A DNA stretch of 33,906 nt. It comes from a virus (taxonomy: Duplodnaviria; Caudoviricetes). The stretch is taken from positions 1 to 33,906 of the IMG/VR virus record IMGVR_UViG_3300005512_000164. One strand, 5' to 3'. Position 1 is the stretch's first letter; each line of letters starts with the position of its first letter. The position numbers and the translations under genes were made by a program. This document shows, one piece after another, positions 1-9,141 of the stretch. Below the pieces are notes generated by a model. It had not been told where the DNA came from. It saw only the letters and a program-made list of their open reading frames with translations, and ran no database searches.

Positions 1-2
1 GT

Positions 3-314
3 AAGACTAGAATACCAGAAGGTAGCTATGAAGTTACGCTTAGACATGAAGGGACAATGGTAAAGAAGTATGATGATAGATACAATGGACATGATGGTAT
101 GCTTTGGCTTAGGAATGTGGATAATTTTGAATATGTTTATATTCATGTTGGGAATGATGATGATGATACCGATGGCTGTTTACTTGTTGGCAGAGGATGT
201 AATACTCACAACGTACAAACAGTCACAGGAAGTGTATTAGCTTATACAGCTTTATACCCAATGATATATAGTGAGATTAAAGCAGGTAGACCTGTGAACA
301 TAGAGGTATACTAG
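3..314 (+). CDS. DUF5675-family protein, 5'-truncated (putative peptidoglycan L,D-peptidase-like enzyme)
   Basis: The frame is open from the window start (KTRIPEGSYEVTLRHEGTM...), so the ATG at 57 is probably internal. The TxIPxGxY and YIHVGNxxxDTDGCLLVG motifs are typical of DUF5675. Confidence 0.7.
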   Translation, partial: KTRIPEGSYEVTLRHEGTMVKKYDDRYNGHDGMLWLRNVDNFEYVYIHVGNDDDDTDGCLLVGRGCNTHNVQTVTGSVLAYTALYPMIYSEIKAGRPVNIEVY

Positions 315-352
315 TACATTTACCTCATCAACATTCTACTCTTATACTTATC

Positions 353-364
353 TATGATATAATT
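353..364 (+). promoter_or_regulatory. Extended -10 promoter (TATGATATAATT)
   Basis: TGnTATAAT in the intergenic gap before the 393 ORF, followed by an AAAGGA RBS. The same TATGRTATAATT 12-mer recurs at 11010 and 13018. Confidence 0.7.
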
Positions 365-392
365 ACACAATTAACTAAAAAGGAATTCTATT

Positions 393-1610
393 ATGGCTAT
401 ACCTGACTCAGCAACACCCAAAGACTACTCTATACTATTGTATAATAAGACAGAGATAGACACTATCAACTCTACTGAACAAAACAGGGTCAACACTGCT
501 TTAGAGTCTAAGGTCTCTCTATTAGATGTAGGAAACCCAAATGGACTAGCTACGTTGGGGGAGGGAGGTACTTTAAAAGCATCTCAGATACCTATTGCTA
601 CTAATGTAGAGGCATTAAATGTCCTGAATACGTCTACAGTGATCACACCTTATAACATAGGTTACATCCTAGAAGCCAAGAACTATTTACCTACATCTGT
701 AGCTATATCGACTTATGGAAATTTTAGGTCTGACGGAACTATACCAATGGACGCAGGTTACATTCCACAAGGTATGCTAGACGTAACAACAGTAAACTAC
801 GTACAAAACGCAATACTTGCCAATACTACCACATATGTTAAAGATACAGTAGCTGAGATGTTACTGATTAGTCCGATAGTGGTAGGAGACGTTTGTTTTG
901 TTACTAATGATGGTCTAAGTAATGGAGAATACTTATGCGTCACTCCTAGTACAGGAGGGTCGGCAGTAGAAGACTGGGCGTTACGACCAGATGTGGCTGC
1001 TTGGGGTACCGTCACTGGTACTCTGTCTGATCAAACAGATTTGCAGAATGTACTGGACACTAAAGTAAATGTAGTTGACATCGCCAAACTCGCTCATATA
1101 ACAGTAACCCAACCTGTTAACTTAGACACTATGGAATCAAGTATAGCCACTAATACTGCAGATATAGCAGTACTAGAGTCTATCAATAAGGTAGCTATTT
1201 CTATAGTATCGACTAGTGCACTATCAACTCAAACCTTAACTAGTGGTACTGCTGAGAGGCTAAGATGGATGACTACAGCCTTAGTAGACGCTGGTGGAAG
1301 TGATATATCTTATAGTATAAGTACCGATAACATACTGATAGGTAATACTGGTATCTATAAAGTGTACGGAGTTTTATCGGCTATTGCCCCTATAAATGAT
1401 ATTGTAGATGTAGAGCTATATATAGATAATTTACCTACAGGGTTTAAGTCATCTTGTATAGGTAGAGGTAATACCTCCGCTGTAACTTTTGTATATACGT
1501 TCATGTCTTCATTTGCTATTAACGATGACATCAGCCTTTACGTTACATCTACAGGTACAGAAATCACAGTACAATCTGCCTCTGTAACAGTAGAAAAAAC
1601 AACATACTAG
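393..1610 (+). CDS. Tail/head fibre protein with a C-terminal C1q/BclA-like beta-sandwich
   Basis: 405 aa. Fibre-type motifs GNPNGLATLGEGGTLKASQIP and WGTVTGTLSDQTDLQNVLDTK, then a short coiled coil. The C-terminal pattern (TGIYKVYGVLS...VELYID...NDDISLYV...SASVTVEK) resembles C1q/TNF-like trimer heads. Confidence 0.55.
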   Translation: MAIPDSATPKDYSILLYNKTEIDTINSTEQNRVNTALESKVSLLDVGNPNGLATLGEGGTLKASQIPIATNVEALNVLNTSTVITPYNIGYILEAKNYLPTSVAISTYGNFRSDGTIPMDAGYIPQGMLDVTTVNYVQNAILANTTTYVKDTVAEMLLISPIVVGDVCFVTNDGLSNGEYLCVTPSTGGSAVEDWALRPDVAAWGTVTGTLSDQTDLQNVLDTKVNVVDIAKLAHITVTQPVNLDTMESSIATNTADIAVLESINKVAISIVSTSALSTQTLTSGTAERLRWMTTALVDAGGSDISYSISTDNILIGNTGIYKVYGVLSAIAPINDIVDVELYIDNLPTGFKSSCIGRGNTSAVTFVYTFMSSFAINDDISLYVTSTGTEITVQSASVTVEKTTY

Positions 1611-1619
1611 GAGTATTAA

Positions 1620-2165
1620 ATGAGTAGATTATATAATGAAGAGGGTTGGAAAGACAACACAGCTAACTTTGTAACACAAGGTGCTATCGGAATAACTGAA
1701 CCAAACTTTGAAGATATGGGTAATGGTGTGTATGCTCATGGGTTCACAAATGGAGAAGCGTTAGTTACTAGTCATCACATGAATCATGACGTTAAACCAG
1801 GAGGCGATACCTATTTTCACATCCATTGGGCTCCTAGTACTGCCATGACAGCTGGAGAGACAATTACATGGACCATTAATTACATAGTGGCAAGAGGATA
1901 CCATCAGGGGGACTCCGTTATTGGTGTTACCTCAACCTTGAACTTAGAGTATACAGCTGATGGTACTGAGATAGCCGGAGAACATATGGTGTTAGAATCC
2001 CTCACACCTATCACAACACCTGAACCAGATAGCCATATAAGTAGTAAAATTACGTATAGTGACGGTACTTATAATACTAAGTCGTATGCATTTGCTATGG
2101 GTATCCATTATCAAGTAGATAGAAACGCTACCCCTAATAAAGAACCTAATTTCTATGGAGCATGA
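1620..2165 (+). CDS. Putative virion structural protein (beta-rich)
   Basis: 181 aa, AGGAG RBS, tail-gene context. No family recognised. Confidence 0.5.
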   Translation: MSRLYNEEGWKDNTANFVTQGAIGITEPNFEDMGNGVYAHGFTNGEALVTSHHMNHDVKPGGDTYFHIHWAPSTAMTAGETITWTINYIVARGYHQGDSVIGVTSTLNLEYTADGTEIAGEHMVLESLTPITTPEPDSHISSKITYSDGTYNTKSYAFAMGIHYQVDRNATPNKEPNFYGA

Positions 2166-2542
2166 CAATGAGTAAATTTATAATTTATGCAGGCAGAGAC
2201 TACACGGCAGATTTTACATTAGTCTCTAACGATGGTACAACCCCTCAAAAGTTAAATACAATTGATACAGGTACCATCACTATTTTTAGTAGTGGGCCTG
2301 AGGGGGAATGTATCTTAAGTAACATTTCATTGAATCTTACCGATAAGGATAATGGACTATTTACAGTATTCCTTACAGCAGAGCAAACAGCTAAACTGGC
2401 TCAAAAGTTAGGATTTGAAGAAGATTCTTACAGTCCTATAGGTAACTATGAGGGGTTCCTAGACTTTAATTTAGTATCTGGTAATAGGCAAGCCTTAATA
2501 CAGATAAATGTCAAGGAGGTCCCTTCGTGTCCGATAGTATAA
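2162..2542 (+). CDS. Putative tail adaptor/Ig-like structural protein (BppU N-terminal-like)
   Basis: 126 aa, ATGA overlap with the upstream gene. DKDNGLFTVFLTAEQTAKL resembles BppU-like fibre-attachment domains. Confidence 0.45.
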   Translation: MTMSKFIIYAGRDYTADFTLVSNDGTTPQKLNTIDTGTITIFSSGPEGECILSNISLNLTDKDNGLFTVFLTAEQTAKLAQKLGFEEDSYSPIGNYEGFLDFNLVSGNRQALIQINVKEVPSCPIV

Positions 2543-5500
2543 AAGTTGACACTAAAACGGAAGTAGCGGTAACCTCTAAACCTACTATGGTCGTAGGTAC
2601 TCCCATAACTACTGAAGTCTACAAAGATCAACGTAACAAGGTACAGGTCTCTCCTAGGAGTTATCAAATAGTAAGTCAAGACATCTATACTACTAAGAGA
2701 AATACCAAACTAGAACCTTGGTTCGAGGACCAAATTACTGATGTACTGAAAGGTAATGGGGTAATTGACTCTATAGATGAGTTAAAAACTGCGTTTGAGA
2801 ACTTTAAAGACGGTATTACTAAAGAAGTAGGTTATTTAGATGATGGGTATACTAAGTTAGCGTACGACTTAGATGTAGTAAAAGTAAGTAATGACCAAGT
2901 AGTAGCAGGAATCAAGACCCTAGATATAACAAGGGTTACACCTGATGAGGCTGCAGCTATTTCAGATAAAGTTGTATCAGCTTTCCAGACTAATGGTACT
3001 GGCGGTGCTTGGGTACAGAAACAAGTCTCTGCCTTATCGAATAACATCATCAACACAGCTAAAAGTATTAGTTCTGTAAACGCTGTAATGGATACTCAAA
3101 GTAAGTATCTTAAAGCTATTTCAGGTTCTATAGATGTATTAAAGGCACAAGTAGACGGTAAAGTCATTACACATAAAGGCTACCATGACGTTGTATCCCC
3201 AGACGGAACTATAAAGGAAGACGCTAAACCTTATGCTTGTTGGGCTCCTGGGGAAGTATGTGTAGAAGAGTCTGGCGATGATAGTTCAGATACTAGGGCT
3301 GAGCACACTGGTGACACCTATTTACATGTAAGAATTGACGATGCCACAAATAAAGATAAAATTATCACAGTTTACCGCTTTATATATGATTTTGAGGTCG
3401 AGACGTACGCATGGAGTGTTTTAGAGAATGACTTAGCCTCTGAAGCTTTTCAAAAAGCCTTAGATGCAGGCTATTTAGCGGATGGTAAGATAAACTCTTT
3501 TTACCAAGCCTATCCTCCTACGCTAGCAGAAAACCCTACTTTAGGTGCTGGTGACTTATGGATTGACAGTAGTGAGAATGGCAATAACAAGATGTATAGG
3601 TATGACCCAGATAACACTACTTGTCCTGAAGGCCTTAGTGGTTGGTGCCCTATAGATGATAAACGTATACAAGCTAGTGTGGATTTTATACAAGAAGCGA
3701 CTGTAGACTGGCAGGGTAATGCTAAAGCTGTAGGATCACTAGTTGTGAAGGCAGGTGAGTATATATCAGGTTTCGTATCTTCTGCTTCTTCTGGACCTAC
3801 AGATGCAGGTTCCACATTTGCTATATTTGCTGATAGGTTCTCTGTCGGTGGGTATAGTGGAGATGGTAGTTTATATGATAGAGCACCGTTCAAGATAGAT
3901 AATACTGGCACTGAGCCACAAATAACTTTTACAGGTAATGTAACTTTTAAGAGTGTAAATGTAGGTGATCTATACGATGATGGTACTTATACTAATGATG
4001 CTAAAGCAGAAGCAGTGTATAAAGACCTTTATGGGTATAAAGATAGTAATGATGAGCAAGTAAAAATTATAAGTACTGCCTTAAACGATGGAGAGACAGG
4101 CCTAGCTAATACCTACAAAACAGCGTCTGATGCTGCCCTAATAACAGGTATTTTAGGTAACGGTGAAGATAATAAACTTATACATACTTTAACAACTGAT
4201 ACAGAGTCCGCTATAGTAAACATAGCTAGGGTGGAGAAGGATTCGGTAGTAGAAACCTGGTATGTAGGTACTTTACCTGTAGTGACTGTAAAAGAAGGTA
4301 AAAAGGTAGTAGAAACCTCTAAACCTGATGCTACTCTATCTCCTTATAAAGATTGGTTACCTATCCAAGAGGTCACTAACGCTGAGGGTGTTGTAACTAC
4401 TGTAGGAAGAAAAGATACTAGAATGATACATTCTGGGGATACTATAGTTCATTATGAGATAGTAGACGGTAAACGTAAATTTGTTAACGATTATAGATTT
4501 GGTAAAGCTTTAAATCAGGGTATCGACAGCAACTACTTGGACGCATCCGGGTATGGCTTATTCTCTGTTGTTGATAAAAGGGCCGAACTCGCCCATGACC
4601 AAGCCTTAGCTGCAGGACTTACTTCTGACAATAAAGTTAACACATTCGTACAAGATAAAGCACCTAAAGATGGTGATGCTAATATCCCTGTAAATTTCGA
4701 TGGTAGTTATACTTTAGGGGATGGGGATATATGGATAGATACTACTAAAGTAGGTGAAGAAAAGAATGATGAGGGTACCATCGTAAAAGAAGGTATTTCT
4801 AAAAATCTCCTATCCATATATGATGAGGATAAAGCGGTATGGAACCCTTTACCTGTTAGTGCTGATGCTATTGTGAACAGTTTTAACTGGACTAATGACG
4901 CTAAAGCAAATGAAGCTATAAAGTATTTTACCGAATTGGCCCCTAAAGTGGAGGTACTCGAGAAACAAATTGATGGTGTAGTAGAAACCTTCTACAAAGA
5001 CACCTTTCCAGTAGCACTAAATAGTGATGGTGTACCTAATTCTACTATACCTGTTACATCTGTACTACCGTACAGTAGTTGGTTACCGCAAGAGGCAGTA
5101 GTAGATGAGAACGGGGAAGTCACAACTCCTGCTGTACTAGACACTAGGAAGCTACATGTAGGTGATACTGTAGTAGTGTATAAAACTGTAGTGTCTGAAG
5201 ATGAAAGTATGTCTAAAGAGTTTTTAGAGGACTTTAAGTTTGCTAATCTAGGTGGATACGTAGAGGGAGAGACTGATTCAGCTGGCTATGCATTTATCCG
5301 TGTAGAGGGCTCTTTAGCTACAGTAGCCCATACCTTAGCTTTACAAACCGCTATATCGGCAGATGGTAAACAACTTATATTCACAGATAGTAAGTATACT
5401 AAAACTAATCCTCCTAAAGACACTGATGCTCCAGAGGATAGTAAAGGCAATCGAGCACTTTCTACCGGTGATATTTGGTATAATGTGAATGAAGGTAATA

Positions 5501-7266
5501 AGTTATACGTATATGCTGCAACTGGTGCTGATCCTGTGACATATATGTGGAAAGAAAGAATAATTACCCCTACTGCTTTAGACCTATCTGCGTATAAGAG
5601 TTCATTACAAGTAGAAAGTTACGTAGAAGGGTTAGCGTTAGTTAGTCAAAGCAGCTTAGACACACAGCTAGATAAAAAGATAGATATGCACTTTACTACT
5701 AATGTTCCATTTAAACCTACTAGTATTGCTTCTGTATCGTCAAGTGATACTACCTTATGGGGCTCACCTGAACGGAACGGTGACATTTGGATTAACGCAC
5801 AAGTCATTTATGTTAAAGATATAGATGGGAACAATACTACGGAAGTAGAATATAACATAGGCATGTACAAATTTACATGGGTTGGTACAGGTAACGACAA
5901 TAATGAATGGGCAAAGATAGAAGACAGCACATCACTACAAGCTTTTATAGATGCTGGATCTGCTTTAAAGAAAATAGAGGATGATATTACTGTATTTGTA
6001 AAGAACGAGTATAACAGTAAAGGTAAAATACAGCCCCCGTTGGCCCCTTATAAGCTTAATGACTTATGGTTAGTTGGTAATGATGTACCCTATAGTAATG
6101 ATGTTACTGTCGATAAATATAATGAGGAGTATAAGAACGCCATTCTCATATGTACTAGGTCTAAGGCTTCCCTCCATACTCAAAGTATAGATGATTGGGT
6201 GTCTTATATAAATCCATTGAAGTCTAATGAAATTATCAAGCTAATAGGTGACGGAATCACGACATTTAAAAATACTGAGGTAAACAATCTTATAAATAGG
6301 ATTGACTCCTTAGAAAAGCAGAATGATGGTAGAATAGACTCATTCTTCTACGATTACAGCCCAGGTACTGTGATTACAGTAACTCCTTCTTCGTTTGGTG
6401 ACAGACGAGTACTTGCTAGACCTTATGTTAGGTATAGCCCTGCACCTAATCCTTTAGTGACCCCTTATAAAGATTGGTATTCGATTGACTATAATAATAG
6501 AATAGGTGAAACAGTCCCTATTACAGAGAGGTTAAAGCATGTAGGGGATACTTTTACTCAACTGAATACAGCAGATAATATGGTTGTAGAGGGGTCTTAC
6601 AAGTTTACCCATCACACAACACCTTCTAGTGATACAGATGCAGAAGGGTTTGCTTGGAACATCCTGGCCGAAGATTCCGCTGCAGCACAGGTACTAGCTG
6701 GTATGATTACACTAGAAGCTGTAGCTGACGGTAAATTGTCTATGGTATCGTCTGCTAGTAAGCTGTCTTATATACTACGGCATAAGACTACTTCTGCTAC
6801 TACTACAGTACCACAAGATGAGTATGAAGAAAAATACACTACAGACACTAACTATATAGTGTATGATACTAGATTAACTAATATCCCTGATGCTGACTTT
6901 ACGGAAGTGTCTGATGGGGACCTTTGGTTAAGAAGTCAGGATAACGCTACTTATAGGTATGACGAGTCAGCTAAACAATGGACTAACATATCGTTAACTG
7001 CCAAAGGTATTATCAATGCTATAAATGGCGATAACGACACTACAACTCACGTTATAGATGATACTACTATTAACGGCAACGTCATCCGAACAGGAACTAT
7101 AGTAGCTGATCACATCAACACTAGCACTTTAAGTGCATTATCGGCTAACTTAGGTATAATCAAGGCAGGTGTTATGTATGATAAGAGTGCAGTATTCAAT
7201 GAAGATGGTACTGTAAATTATAGTATGAAAGTAGATCTCACTAAAGGGGAGATCCATATAAAATGA
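2527..7266 (+). CDS. Large tail fibre/tail-tip protein with about five degenerate internal repeats and DUF1983-like segments
   Basis: GTG start after an AAGGAGGT RBS; 1579 aa. Coiled-coil N-terminus, repeated QxDGx...PY..W...HxGDT...ADGK...GDxW modules, a FAIFADRFSV...APFKID segment and a C-terminal GTIVADHINTSTLSALSANLG typical of tail-tip proteins. Confidence 0.7.
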   Translation: MSDSIKVDTKTEVAVTSKPTMVVGTPITTEVYKDQRNKVQVSPRSYQIVSQDIYTTKRNTKLEPWFEDQITDVLKGNGVIDSIDELKTAFENFKDGITKEVGYLDDGYTKLAYDLDVVKVSNDQVVAGIKTLDITRVTPDEAAAISDKVVSAFQTNGTGGAWVQKQVSALSNNIINTAKSISSVNAVMDTQSKYLKAISGSIDVLKAQVDGKVITHKGYHDVVSPDGTIKEDAKPYACWAPGEVCVEESGDDSSDTRAEHTGDTYLHVRIDDATNKDKIITVYRFIYDFEVETYAWSVLENDLASEAFQKALDAGYLADGKINSFYQAYPPTLAENPTLGAGDLWIDSSENGNNKMYRYDPDNTTCPEGLSGWCPIDDKRIQASVDFIQEATVDWQGNAKAVGSLVVKAGEYISGFVSSASSGPTDAGSTFAIFADRFSVGGYSGDGSLYDRAPFKIDNTGTEPQITFTGNVTFKSVNVGDLYDDGTYTNDAKAEAVYKDLYGYKDSNDEQVKIISTALNDGETGLANTYKTASDAALITGILGNGEDNKLIHTLTTDTESAIVNIARVEKDSVVETWYVGTLPVVTVKEGKKVVETSKPDATLSPYKDWLPIQEVTNAEGVVTTVGRKDTRMIHSGDTIVHYEIVDGKRKFVNDYRFGKALNQGIDSNYLDASGYGLFSVVDKRAELAHDQALAAGLTSDNKVNTFVQDKAPKDGDANIPVNFDGSYTLGDGDIWIDTTKVGEEKNDEGTIVKEGISKNLLSIYDEDKAVWNPLPVSADAIVNSFNWTNDAKANEAIKYFTELAPKVEVLEKQIDGVVETFYKDTFPVALNSDGVPNSTIPVTSVLPYSSWLPQEAVVDENGEVTTPAVLDTRKLHVGDTVVVYKTVVSEDESMSKEFLEDFKFANLGGYVEGETDSAGYAFIRVEGSLATVAHTLALQTAISADGKQLIFTDSKYTKTNPPKDTDAPEDSKGNRALSTGDIWYNVNEGNKLYVYAATGADPVTYMWKERIITPTALDLSAYKSSLQVESYVEGLALVSQSSLDTQLDKKIDMHFTTNVPFKPTSIASVSSSDTTLWGSPERNGDIWINAQVIYVKDIDGNNTTEVEYNIGMYKFTWVGTGNDNNEWAKIEDSTSLQAFIDAGSALKKIEDDITVFVKNEYNSKGKIQPPLAPYKLNDLWLVGNDVPYSNDVTVDKYNEEYKNAILICTRSKASLHTQSIDDWVSYINPLKSNEIIKLIGDGITTFKNTEVNNLINRIDSLEKQNDGRIDSFFYDYSPGTVITVTPSSFGDRRVLARPYVRYSPAPNPLVTPYKDWYSIDYNNRIGETVPITERLKHVGDTFTQLNTADNMVVEGSYKFTHHTTPSSDTDAEGFAWNILAEDSAAAQVLAGMITLEAVADGKLSMVSSASKLSYILRHKTTSATTTVPQDEYEEKYTTDTNYIVYDTRLTNIPDADFTEVSDGDLWLRSQDNATYRYDESAKQWTNISLTAKGIINAINGDNDTTTHVIDDTTINGNVIRTGTIVADHINTSTLSALSANLGIIKAGVMYDKSAVFNEDGTVNYSMKVDLTKGEIHIK

Positions 7267-8270
7267 GTTTATTTATTGGTAAGGATTTAGAAGGTAATGG
7301 AATACTTCATATAACTGAAGGAGTAAAATCTGCAACAGCTATGAAATCTGGAGTATTAGATGATACCATATTCCATAACGACCTAGAGTTTACTACTTTT
7401 ACAGTATATGATATTATACAAGGAGGAGTGACTACTTGGAGGCCTTATCTTTCTAGGTATAATCAACAAGCATATACCCAATCCTCAGAAGGGTTTAGTA
7501 GGCTAAATGACGCTAATGTAGTCGGATCCTTTTACTTAGATAATGATAATAACGTAGTAACAGGACAAATACAATTTAAAATCGGAGTACAAAGTTCTAC
7601 TACATTAGTAACAACTTATCATGTCGGTAGTACTCCTATAGGTCCGGATAACTTATCCAGAGATGTAAGTGGGAACAGTTATTCTGCAATATCTTCTACA
7701 GCTAAAAAGTTAGTAATACTTCATAAAGAGAAATTAGCTTCTGGGCCAGGAGTTACTGTAGGTCAAGGTATATTTAAAATAGGTTCAGCAGACTTACAGA
7801 ATTTAAAGTACGCTTATTATGGTGATCTTAACAACCATCCTTCTACTATTCGTATAGATAATTACCTATCTTTAGTGGATAGTTCTAAAATAGATGGAGA
7901 TATTCTTATCTCTAGTAACTCTGCTGCTACTATTATCAGCAAAGGAGGATATGACTTATTTAATTCAAGTGTAGGTAGATTCGTACCGGGTATAGGTACT
8001 ACTACAGTTAAGCGTAATACTACTGACTTAAATACTTATAAAAATACATACTATCCAATAATGGATGCAACCCTAGGCAATTTTTACAGCCTAAAAGCTG
8101 TAGTAGACTTTGGGTATGGTGCCTATACCTCTGCTACTTTTTTAGAAGAAGACTTTGATGAATACGTAGCAGGTTACACTAGGATTAGGTACTTAAATGG
8201 TCAATTAGTGTCATATACAACATCTACAGATTTTTACGTTACTTTTACAATAGAAGAGTTTGAGGTATAA
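7263..8270 (+). CDS. Putative tail-associated/receptor-binding protein
   Basis: 335 aa, ATGA overlap with the large tail gene. Ser/Thr/Gly/Tyr-rich; an N-terminal ILHIT...DTIFHNDL segment is typical of genes following tail-tip proteins. Confidence 0.5.
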   Translation: MSLFIGKDLEGNGILHITEGVKSATAMKSGVLDDTIFHNDLEFTTFTVYDIIQGGVTTWRPYLSRYNQQAYTQSSEGFSRLNDANVVGSFYLDNDNNVVTGQIQFKIGVQSSTTLVTTYHVGSTPIGPDNLSRDVSGNSYSAISSTAKKLVILHKEKLASGPGVTVGQGIFKIGSADLQNLKYAYYGDLNNHPSTIRIDNYLSLVDSSKIDGDILISSNSAATIISKGGYDLFNSSVGRFVPGIGTTTVKRNTTDLNTYKNTYYPIMDATLGNFYSLKAVVDFGYGAYTSATFLEEDFDEYVAGYTRIRYLNGQLVSYTTSTDFYVTFTIEEFEV

Positions 8271-8271
8271 T
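8263..8271 (+). promoter_or_regulatory. Possible -10 element (AGGTATAAT) overlapping a stop codon
   Basis: TATAAT followed by an AAAGGA RBS before 8293. It lacks the TG extension. Confidence 0.35.
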
Positions 8272-8292
8272 TTTAAATATAAAGGATAAAAA

Positions 8293-9138
8293 ATGGCATG
8301 TGATGCAACAGTAGATAGTTATAGTAGAGAAGATGGTGCATTAGATGTAAGTACTAAATACTTACAACTAATGAAGGATACAGTATCAGAAGATAGTTTG
8401 TATATAAGGGCTAAGGATACCTTTAAAGTCATATTTAAAGACTTAGACATGACTACAAAAGAGAAGGCTGCGATAGTAAGTGAATATATTGTGGGCCTTA
8501 CTACTAACTTAAGTAGTGCGGCTATGCAAACAGCAGTGGCTTGGGCCAAAGAGGAACGAGATGGTGCGTACACTTTAACTAAAGTCAAAGCAGAAACGCA
8601 GATAGCACTGGCTCAATCTAAGAAGACTCAAGTAGAGATATGTTTAGTACAAGAGCAGACATCTTATCAGAAAGCTAAAATGTTGTCAGAGTATGCGGGT
8701 AGTCTTAGAGATAATGGTCCTATAGCCACGTTTAACACTGATGGTACCCCTAAAACTCTCTCAAACAGTGGTTTAAAATACCATCAAACTAAGCAAGTCG
8801 AAGCTTCTACCTACCAAATACAGGCAGACGCTTTCCGTAAGTCCGGAGTAGTTACTATAAGTGTAGACACTGATAACGTAGTTAAAGGTACTATGGGTAA
8901 TACTGCTGGTTATACACACCAACAGACTATAAATGCTGAGAGACAGAGACAAGCGTATGAGGATAGTAAGATTAACCATTTACTCAACTCTACTGGTGTG
9001 ATTATAGGACAAATGTTAAGTGCCGAAATTGACCCTGACACTGAGGTAATCGGTTATATGAAATCAGCTATGGGTAAACTACTTACACCGAATCATACTA
9101 CTCCTGAACCGTTTGGGGCTACTACTACCGAGGGGTAA
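8293..9138 (+). CDS. N4 gp54-like virion structural protein
   Basis: 281 aa, helical. EYIVGLTTNLSSAAMQTAVAW, a central coiled coil and QRQAYEDSK resemble N4-like gp54 proteins; it sits next to a gp53-like gene. Confidence 0.5.
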   Translation: MACDATVDSYSREDGALDVSTKYLQLMKDTVSEDSLYIRAKDTFKVIFKDLDMTTKEKAAIVSEYIVGLTTNLSSAAMQTAVAWAKEERDGAYTLTKVKAETQIALAQSKKTQVEICLVQEQTSYQKAKMLSEYAGSLRDNGPIATFNTDGTPKTLSNSGLKYHQTKQVEASTYQIQADAFRKSGVVTISVDTDNVVKGTMGNTAGYTHQQTINAERQRQAYEDSKINHLLNSTGVIIGQMLSAEIDPDTEVIGYMKSAMGKLLTPNHTTPEPFGATTTEG

Positions 9139-9141
9139 ATA

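Noticed and set aside
2527-8270. Diversity-generating retroelement target or invertible tail cassette
   Set aside because: No reverse transcriptase or recombinase gene, and no near-identical adenine-variant repeat or inverted-repeat pair seen in the window. The tail repeats are old and protein-level.
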